Positions 12,280 through 22,382 of a DNA stretch of 64,000 bases are shown here, piece after piece. The DNA lies in NCBI GenBank assembly GCA_003971905.1, contig RSEE01000001.1, positions 930,001 through 994,000 on the forward strand. The letters are read 5' to 3'. The stretch is from Moniliella sp. 'wahieum'. Taxonomy: Eukaryota. How positions within the stretch are numbered: the stretch's first letter is position 1; each line of letters begins with the position of its first letter. The position numbers and the translations under genes are program-made. The notes beneath the pieces were generated by a model. That model was not told where the DNA came from. It made no database searches and was given only the letters and a program-made list of their open reading frames with translations.

Positions 12280-13816
12280 ATGGGAATTGGCCAGCAACTT
12301 GACCGCGCGTCCAACTGGATCATCGGGTGTATGTCCTTTCTTCCTCCTCCCCCCCCTTCGGACTGAGAAGAGCTTGAAGTGCTGACGAGTGTGGCTGCTG
12401 CTTGCAGGGACACCCATTTCGTTGATGGTCACCTATGCCGTCTTCAGTGTCTTTTTCTACATTCTCATCCCCCCAGTGCTCAACTCGGCGCTGTGGTACA
12501 CCTACATGGGCATTCAGACTTTTGTCGTCCTTACTGTCCTGAGCGAGGCCATCTCTTCCATTCGACCCAATGTCGAATCCCGCCGTGCCCGTCGCAAGGT
12601 TGCCAAGGTCGGCTTTCCCGATCTCGACGGGGAAAAGAATGAGCACAAGTGCCCCAAGATTGATTTGGTGCTCGTTGCGTACCTGCCCAACGAGCAGTAC
12701 ATCATCAAGCGCCAGATCCGCTACGCAATGACCCAGATCGAGTATCCTGCCTCGCGCCTCACCATCAATGTTGTCTACAACATCCCAAGCCCATTGAGCC
12801 CCTGGAGACGGAGCTGAAAGAAATGACGAGTCAGTACGGTCACCTTAAGGTCATTTCCGTCCCCCTCCACCTCCAAGGCCGACAACATCAACTACTTCCT
12901 CTCTCTTCCCTCGGACTCGGAGATCATTGCCATCTTGACACGGACCACTACCCTTCCCGCTATGCCCTCAAGTGGGTTGCCCGCGCATTCAACAAGGGCG
13001 ATGTGGACATTATTCAAGGCCGGTGCTGCATCTACAACTACTCGGAAACCTGGATCACCCGCTTGATCGCGGCCGAGTTTGACATGATTTACGGTGTGTT
13101 TCACCCAGGGCGTGCTCGCTCGCACCGCTTTGGCCTGTTTGGTGGGTCGAATGGGTACTGGAATGCGTCGTTGCTTCGTTCGCTGGGAATGCAAAAGCAC
13201 ATGCTTACGGAGGACATTGACTCGACGCTGCGTGCGATCGTGTCGGGCGCGCGGATCAAGTACATGCTAGAGGTGCAATCGTACGAGACCGCTCCGGAGA
13301 CGGCCATGGCGCTGCTCAAGCAACGTATGCGCTGGACCCAAGGTTGGTTCCAAGTCACGCTCCGCCACGCCATTCCCTCGTTGCAATACGGTGCGTACGG
13401 TACAATTGACCCATCGGCGATGAGCACCAAAATCATCTCCCGTGCCGGTCTTTTTCCTACTGGTCTTCCGCGAGGCCTTCTTCTACTTCATCTCCCAACT
13501 GTCGGCACTGCTCTTGGCCAGTTTTGCGGTGCACCCACCGCATCGCTGGCACGAACTCTACCAATCGTTTGAGGGGTTCAAGATCACCGTCTGGCTCTTT
13601 GTCCTGAATGCGATTTGCATCATGACCGCCACGGGCATCACCGCCCGCAACCGGAGTGAGTTCACCTCTATCTGGGCTATCATGGCGTTTGGCATTCTCT
13701 CCCCTACCTACTACACCATTGTCACCTTCATGTCGATCACATGCCACTTCCGCGAGTTGGTGCAATACTCCAACTGGAACCCTACCTCACGGTCGGCGCC
13801 TAAGAAGACGACGTGA
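12280..13816 (+). CDS. Processive GT2 glycosyltransferase (D,D,D,QxxRW type polysaccharide synthase)
   Basis: ATG 12280 (MGIGQQLDRASNWIIG). Intron 12329..12407 (GTATGT/CTGAC/CAG). Two N-terminal TM helices, then VAYLPNE, SKADNINY, DTDHYP (DxD), FGGSNGYW, LTEDID and QRMRW, then C-terminal TM helices. About four 1-bp frameshifts (~12785, ~12865, ~12935, ~13455). Confidence 0.88.
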
Positions 13817-16800
13817 GCTTTCGTTTGTACTCTTTTCTCCCTTGTCCCTGCCTCCGGTCTCTCTTGGTCACCGGTCCTCGACCTATCTGAAGAGCCAGCC
13901 ACGGCCGATTTCCCCTGTTGCCTCACACGGTACATTGCCCCTTTTCTGCTCCGTTTTGCACGCCTTTCGTTTCCCTTCACCCACCCTGTCTCAATGAACC
14001 CGCACCTGCTCTGTATATCTATATGCCTTTTTCGTTTCTGGTTTCGTTTTGCCTTAGTTTTCTGCTCCCAGCTCGGCCGGCGTAATTCTCTGCACTTTCT
14101 CTGGCCCTTCCCCTTGTCGCAATGCCAATATCGCTTGCGCTATTGCGGATGCCGATTTTGATGGGCCAGGACGAAGCGCTCCGCTTCTTAGGGATCTCAG
14201 TTCCTCGGCTCCGCCGAAGTACTCACTCTGGGCTCTCACCGATCTCATCTCAGATCTCACAGCAGCTATGATATCGATCATCGTCAACATCCGCCACTAC
14301 CGGCCCTACCTCGCTATAGCCACGAGAGTCACTAGTCACTAACCACTAGAGGCACCTAAAAGTCACTGTGACACAGTCACCGCAGTCCTCACTCTCTTTG
14401 TTCGTCCATCGCTGCAGCGATGGTGCTCCGACCCAAGGCCAAGCGTTAATCTTAGTGGTTGCCCCTCCCCGCCCCCCCTGAGTGAAAATAAGGCCCACAC
14501 AAAAGTGCATAAACTGCCGTCTTGTTATCGGATGGGCGCCGGGACGTGCGTTCGCATGTTGGCACATGTGACTAGGGACCTCCGCCCACCCCCCGGTTTA
14601 AATCGAGGGCGGGCGTAGTGGAAGGGGCCAACGAGTGTCACTTGGTAGGTGGCGCGTGACGCGTGACGCGTGACGCAGCAATCCGGTTACTGTCACCCTT
14701 GCTTGTGTCAGACAGCGCGTGACGCGTGAGGAGCTCGTTGCAGGGTATGGGGGTACTACCATCACAGTCATGCCTCCCCATATCACATGGTACACCCCCT
14801 CTTCTGCCGGCACCCATGTGCGCAGTAAGCGATAGGGCACGCCGGGGCCGGAAGGCGCCCTCCAGGTCCGGATCTCCGGGATACGGGCGATAGAGCCTTG
14901 CGGCGAGCCTGCCGCAATGCGGTGGTACGCCTGGGTCTGGTACGTCTGGCCCAAGGCTGCACGGCTGTGCAATCATATACTCTTTTTGGTAAAATATTCA
15001 AAGCACGAAACGATGATTCATCTCCTTGAGATCCGAGGGATCTGACACCGTCTGCTCATTTCGTGCACTCTATGGAAGCCATTTCGCCTCGTTAGCATAG
15101 CAAGTTCAATCTTCTACCGCCACTTCAATGCTCCGTCGTCAAGCCTCAGCCCATCGGCACGCTCTTACTCCCCCTGAGATGTCCAGTACACGTTCTCGCC
15201 CACCGTCTCTTTAATCTCAATTCTCTTTCATGGCGCCACACCGTCGGTCCGGATCACTTCTCAGTTCATTCAACGTGGGGCTAGACGATCTTAAGCTTAT
15301 TAACGTCAAAGAAGCATCTCATTGATGACATGTGCGCGTAAAATAAGCGCTACCCACCAACTACACGCACATGGTTACAAGACAGTGGGTAAATCTCATA
15401 CAACAACAACATTAGATCCTAAAAGAGGGCCCTAGTACCTCTCCTACTGTGCATGTGGGAATATATGAGTGAGAGCGCTCACATGGCGCTCACAGGAGGC
15501 TCTAGGTGTCACACAGTCGGAGCTAAGACGAGGGAGACCAGAGTCGAGACTAGGCAGTAATAGTTCGTGGGGGAGGAGCAAGAGCAGAGGACATGATCCG
15601 AATAAGCGGGAAAACGGGGAAGGAGCGAGACACTAGAAATTGGAAATCGGAGCGAGATCAGCCAAACGATGGCACTAGCGCCCCGCACGTTTGGGGAGTC
15701 ATGCCCCCCCGTTCCTTACTTGTTACAAATGAGACAGCGAAAATGTGTACGATGCTTCAGCGGTGGATCTTCCAATCAGTACTGAGTCAACGATCGACCG
15801 GCACAACACTACTTCACATATATACCATTGCTCGGCACGTTCAAGCTTCAAGCTCTCCGTCTCTCGGCATGATGCGGCAGCACCTTTATACTCATCTCTG
15901 AGATCTGAGCCCATATTGCTTCGCTCTTGGAACAATAGAGGACCGAACCGTACCCCCGCGAGACTAGATCAAAGAGAGGTTAGAATCGAGCGCCGTTGAT
16001 TATACTCTTGGCCGGAATAGGCCCTTTGACCCATATTTGAGCGCGTTGAGCTTCAAGCGTCTTCAGAGCTTTACGCCACTGTTGATACTTCGGCAGCCGT
16101 TCAACGTTCACTAGTCACTAGGATCACTTGAGCGCGTTGAGAACTGTTTGCAATGGCCGTATGTCTGTGAGAGGACCTTGGGTCGCTCTACATATCCGAA
16201 AAGGCTCACGTGGATATATACCTCAGTACAGTCAGAGATTGAGTAGCGAAACCCCCACTTTTTATGATGAACTCATCTGTACCCACCGCCACACAGTACT
16301 CCGCATATTAGTATGCAAGATCCACACAGAAAGTTCATTCAATCGAACGGTAGCAACTCGTCGAATAGGGAGGATGTGTTGGTACCCGAGCACGAGATGC
16401 ATGTCGCGGTCATATCCGCTATGCATCTTAGAACATCCCATATCAGCTCCGCGGCACCTATATCATGTGCCGAGACTCCTGCAATGATGAGGTGCATATA
16501 CATGTGATAATGGGGCCTGATGGGGGATGTGGAGCCAAGTGTGATGGTGCCAAATGGATCCCATCTCTGTTGCCCCGTAGTCTTTGGCCAACAAAACTCT
16601 CGTTGCGGAGACTGGTTGTGGAGAGTCACAATAACTCACACCAGGTTGTGATCACTCTGACGGATATATGATGCGGCCAACTGTGACATGTTACACGCGC
16701 AAGTTTGTGTATAATCATTGTGACGTTGGTACTCCTTGCAGAGATCCCAGACGTGAGTACAGAGTGCGCGCGAAGCATGAGGGTCTATACAGTGGTGCGT

Positions 16801-18441
16801 CATGTGTGCGCGCTGGGCAAGTAGGCACATGTCGTGTGAACAGGTTTTTAGTAGTGTACAGCCTGTTGACGTAGTTGTACCGTTCTGTGAGATCGGAGAT
16901 GCAGATCCTCTGTATCTGCCTGTTTGTTGTTGTAACATATGGGCGCGCACATGAGAGTTCAACGTTCACGGTTCACGCGCACGCATCATGCCACATGTGA
17001 TGCATGTGAGCGCCGAGGTTGAGAGATCTCAGATGGCAGGCCGGTGACTAGAGTGACTGAGTTGCAAGGAGAAAGGGTGTGGGGATTGGAACGATTGTTG
17101 GGCGTTCAGCTCAAGGGTAAACGTTAAAAGTTGAACGTTAATGAGACCGCCGATCGCGTCTCTGTACAGCATCCGAGCTTCGAGCTGTGAGGTTGAGCGT
17201 TGAGTGTTGAGTAGTGTTGAGTGCGATGTTTTGAGACCCCGAGAGGGTAGGTGTACAAATCGTTAAACGTCAAATGTCGAGAGCTGCCCGGTGGGCAGCA
17301 ATTGTATAGTAAGGCTTTTCGGGAGCCGAGGTAATCGGTTTGTCGCGGGGGCGTCTCCTCCTGTCTCCTCTCGGTGTTGCTTTTGATCGGCTGTGCTACG
17401 CAAAAGGGTTGGCCCGACAATGCGTCCGCCGTCTCCAACGCCAGAGGCACCCCAACCACACACAACTCGTTGGAATCCCGAGTCGGCACTTCTCAGGGTT
17501 TCGTTGCCGCCGCGCAGGGAGGACTTTGTTGTGGCTCTGTACTATGGCAGCAGCTCCGCTCCCGGGGTAATTTGATGTGCTTGCCGGTGCGCCACATGAG
17601 GAGTGGGATATGTGCATCCTAATGTGCGCTTATATATGCGCTACGCCGCTGGCGGTGCAGAATCCCTCTCTGGCACCGGCACGGCCTGCGGCAGCCAAGG
17701 CGCAGCAGAGCGCAGCCCGCGGTTGGTACCTGCGTCTGCAGCGGTGCAGAGGCGCAAGCAAGCGCCCAACACCAACACTGTGGGCCTGCGGAGGCTGCCG
17801 TGGCCCCTCCACCGGCCACCCACGCCGCACTGCAGCTGCCAGGGCGGGCGCTGGGCGTAGCGCGTTGGGCTGGGCACTGCCGCTGTGCCCGCCTGCAGCA
17901 GAGCGGCGGGTGGTGCGTGGGGGCCGACTTGCGAACACCCCGTACAGCCAGCGACAGAGAGGCGCCGTGCGCCAATTTGATGCGCTCGCTCTCTGCGGCT
18001 CAGCGCACTAGTCACTAGTCACTAGCACTGCTCAGCGCTCACCGGTCACCGGCCACCGCAAGTCCTCTTTCCAGTCACCCCTTCGATGCATAGTCAGATC
18101 TCAGACACGGGGGCAGCACCCCAGTTCCTAGGCCCTTTTGTTATACGTTCACCGCTTCTTGCCTGGAGAGCTTGGTGAACGAAGGGTGCCGGTGAGGCCG
18201 AGGCGCACAGGACACGCTCAGTGTGGCAATCCATGCCCACTATTTCATCTCATCCATCCATCGCCCCAACCCTCCCTCCACCTTCCGCCCTCCACCCTCC
18301 TCCCTCGTCTTCCCTCTTCGTCACTCTTCTTCTTTCCTTTGCTGCCCGGCGCAGCCGCTGCTCGTTGCCCTTCCCTTCCTTTTTCTCTGTTGCCCCATCC
18401 CTCCACCAGCGTTCCGCCCCTTCCCCCCCGCCTCCCCTGCC

Positions 18442-21400
18442 ATGGCCCACTCCCTTTGGGCGCTGGCCGCCTTGGCCATGCTGGTGGGTGCACCTGCCAT
18501 CCACGCTGCCTGTGAGTGTGGCTACCGTGATCCCTCAACTACCTCTCTCTGGACCGACGCTGTTATTACCTACTTTAACGAGTCTGCCGCTGCCACCGAC
18601 ATTGTCTTTGAGCCGGCGCAGTATGCAGACCGCTATGGCCGCGACCAGCCCGGCGAGGCCGGCACGGGTCAAGAAGCATGGATTGGAAGCAACCGCATCA
18701 ACGAATGGGAGGACGACTTCTCCGCCACCTGGCGCTCCGCTGTGGTCGCCAACAACACCCATCTTGGTGCGAACCACTCGGGTCTTCTCATGGATGTCAC
18801 TCCGGCCGACATCAAAAACCGCATCAGCTGGGGCAGCCAGCTCCAGACCCGCCGCCGTGACATGCAGTACGGCTCTTTCCGCACCATGCTCAACCCTCCC
18901 CCTGGGAGATACATGGCTGGGACCAACCTTGATGTAGAGGTGGCGTGGAACCAATCCGAGTTGATTCGCACGGCTTTCTTCAATACCAACCAACCAGGCC
19001 AAGGCAATGTTCAAGTCTCTTACTCGTCCAGCTCCGAGTCTGTTACCCCCTTCCTCTACAACCAGTCCACCATGGATCGGGGCGGCATCAATGGGCTCGA
19101 GTACCGCATGGACTGGCTGCCCACATCTGTTTCGTTCACCAACACGGGCGCCAACACCACCTCCAATGCCAAGATTTGGTCGGGCAAGCATGCGCACCCC
19201 CCGAGTCGTGGAGCTCCTTTCTCGTACAAGCACTGGTCCAACGGTTCCCCCACTGCCTCCCAGGGCCCCCGATCGCGAGCACCGTTACAGCTCAAATCAT
19301 CTATGCTCGTCTCTTTTTCAACTCATCCCGTCCTGAACGCTTGGAAGCGTTCAACTCGGCTTGCGCGGCTAGTTCGGCTTCTGCTGTGTGCTCCACCGAC
19401 GACCTTACCCTACGTGATAGCACACCCTTTGACCTGGCCGCGACTCTCAAGCCGATTATCCCGCATCACAAGCGTCACGTCCCCGTATACTCAATCTACG
19501 GTGCGGCCATCTCGGGCGGAATCTTTGTCGTGCTTACGATCCATGCGTCCCTTCGCCGGATCAGGAACACGCGGCGCAAGCGCGCTGCATTTTACGAGCA
19601 GTACAACAAGGAGATTCACGATCAGCCCGATCCCCTCCTGGAGGCCGGGCCACATTCCAGTACCAGTATGTCATCGACAGCATACTCCGAGGTGGACAAG
19701 CAAGTATTTGACGAGGCAATGACCAAATGGGACGATCCAACCATCTTGCTGGCTGAGGACGAGGATGACTCCGAGTCGATCGCTTCGGAAGACATGGATG
19801 ATGAGAATGAAAAAGCAGCCGAGGCTTGGGGGTACAGTGGCGTTGAGAATGGCTCGGTCTACTCGATGCAGACCAATACCTCGGGATACGTTCTGCCCCA
19901 TATCCAACTCTCGCGCCAGGATCTCAACAAGTCAGGCATGCTCACTCCTGCCTACCCTTCCTCTGGTGGATCCACCCCTGCAGGCGTGGCGACATCGTAC
20001 AGTCCCAGGAGCGCTCAAACCCCTCCCGTTTCACACTTCCGCGCCCGCTCCATCCCGTCGATCCGGGGAGGAGGGGTGTATGGGTCTACGACGGCGGCCA
20101 CGTCTCTTGCCTCGTTTGGGGGTGAGGACGGTCTGGGTCAACCGCCATCGCTGCCGCATGTGGCGCCGACGGTGATCTTGGAAGATGGTTCACAAGCACC
20201 AGTGGCTTGGGTCACACCTATTGCCGATTGGGCCCCTGCACCCAAGGGGGACCGGAGGTCGATGGCACATGGGCTTCTTGCCAACCCACCCACAGCCGTC
20301 GCGGCTGAGGATCAGCAGGCACTGGAAGCGTACGAGCCCACGTCCATGTGGGGAAGGATCAAGTCGGCTCTGTTTGTGTCCAAGGGTCAAGGCAGGGTGA
20401 CGGCGTCGGGCGCGGCGCGGGTCGAGTATCTCGACGGTCTCCGTGGGTTTGCATGTTTCCTTGTGTCCCTCCATCACTTTTGCCTCATTTACGAATACGG
20501 TTTCACGACCCAGCCTACCGGGTCGGGAGAGCACTACAAGTTTGAGTACTGGATCTATAAGATTTTGGGTCCTATCCTTTGCAACGGTGGGCTGAACGTG
20601 GGCATCTTCTTTGTCCTCTCGGCCCGCGTGGTGTGCAACCGGTACCTATATCGCGGCAACTTGCAGCATCTTGCTCAGCTCGTGCTGACCCGTGTTCCGC
20701 GTCTGAGTGTAACGATCACTGCTGCAATCCTGCTCAACTACTTCCTCATTGAAGTGGTACGTTGAGTTCCTCCGTTAATTTGCTCAAGAAGGGACTGACA
20801 CTAACCAACCTTCCGTGGTACAGCAAGCGTTCTACTGGACCTCTCGTCTGGCCTCTCGCACCTTTTCGATTTGGTCGTACTACCAAGATTTCCAACACGT
20901 TGGGCGTGTTCATTGATTACTGGCTCAGTCTGTGGTGGATGCAGCCCCCGTCAATTACACCTATTGTTACGCATTATGCAACGGGTATCCTATGGACCGT
21001 ACCTGTGATCGTCCAGTGCACATGGACTTGCGCCCTCTGTGCCCTGATCGCGCGTGAGATCAAGAGTCCAATCAAGCGGTACTTGTTCTACTCGGCTTGC
21101 ATCCTGCTTACCTGGTGGGCCAATCGGTTTGACTACTTCTTCTTGGCCGGTCTGCTCCTTGCCGATCTAGACGTGCGCTTCCAATACCGCCAGAAGTTTG
21201 GCATTGCTGGTGCGCTCCTGGCTTGGTGTTTTCTTCCTTGGCGCTGTGCTCACTTGGCTCGACTATGCGAAAGTCATCGACGTGCAGAAAGAATGGGGCA
21301 TCCATCCCAATTTTACAAGCGGTACACCCAACAAATGGGTTGGATCGACTCAGGCTTGGTACTTGCCCAAGCTCACCGATGGCATCTTTGTGATCTCCTT

Positions 21401-21717
21401 TTTCTTGCTCTGCGATCTATGCACACCCGTGCGCGTTTTTCCAACTGCGTTTCTGGAACGTGTTTGGTCGCAACGCATTCTCCCTCTACCTCTTGCACGG
21501 TGTCGTCTTCTGGTCGGTAGGCGCGGCGGCCAGTCTCAAGATGTTGGCGGCCGGCATTCCATATTGGGCTGCGATGATTCTCAACTTTCTTCTTTGCTAC
21601 GCCATGCTCCTGGTCGTCTGCGAGCTGTTTACACGCACGTTTGACCGCTGGGGCACCACTCTCGCCCGCTCCTTTTTCCGCGCCGTGTCAGGTGGACTGG
21701 GCCGGCGCCCCACCTAG
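18442..21717 (+). CDS. Fusion protein: signal peptide, GH16-like (ConA/beta-jelly-roll) ectodomain, TM helix, Ser/Pro-rich linker, acyltransferase-3 domain
   Basis: MAHSLWALAALAMLVGAPAIHA followed by ACECGY. RRRDMQYGSFRT, EYRMDWLP, HWSNG and SQGPP are typical of fungal GH16-like proteins. TM YSIYGAAISGGIFVVLTIHA. AT3 motifs RVEYLDGLRGFACFLVSLHH, FFVLS, GILWTVPV and FGRNAFSLYLLHG. Intron 20757..20823. Frameshifts near 19268, 20890, 21230 and 21440. Confidence 0.82.
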
Positions 21718-22382
21718 CCGGGTTTCTCTCTTTCTTGTTTCTTCCTCTTCTTTCCCGCACGTTTTTGCCATCCGTTCTCCCACCACGCCTCCATATGCAA
21801 TCTTCACTTCATATCCGCCCCCCTCTCATCTCTCTCTGCTTTCTCGATCCCCCGGCGCAAGCTCACTCTTACGCTTGTGCATATTGCCACCCACTCCTTT
21901 GCCCGTTGTCGCGCGACTGCTACGGTGCTTTTGCCCCTCCCCCCCTCTCCCCCCCTCTCCCCCCATGTTTTTCTCCATTTAACTCGTTGCCCATACTGCC
22001 CTATGCTATAACTCTCGATCCCCCTTTCCCCGTCATGTTCTGGCGATGCCCTTGATGGGCTTACCCAAACATGTACAGCTTCGTGGTCGTCCGTGGGAAG
22101 CATTGTCTTCGGCTGGTGCCAGTGATATGCGCATCCTCTGCTTAGCCCATCACATGTGCGGATGTGTTGTAGTGGCGGTGCTACAGCCTGCGTCGTTAAA
22201 AGCTGCGTTAACCACACACTCTTTTTGAGCCTACGGCGATGCCATCACCATATGTTACTTTCTTTGTCGTGACCAATGCCTTGACGGTAGTGAGTGCGCC
22301 GGAGCATGCATCCATTTGATTGGTCTGAAGGACTTTTGGGTGGCATCGATAGTAGGACGGAGCTATGGCACCGGCACAGGGA

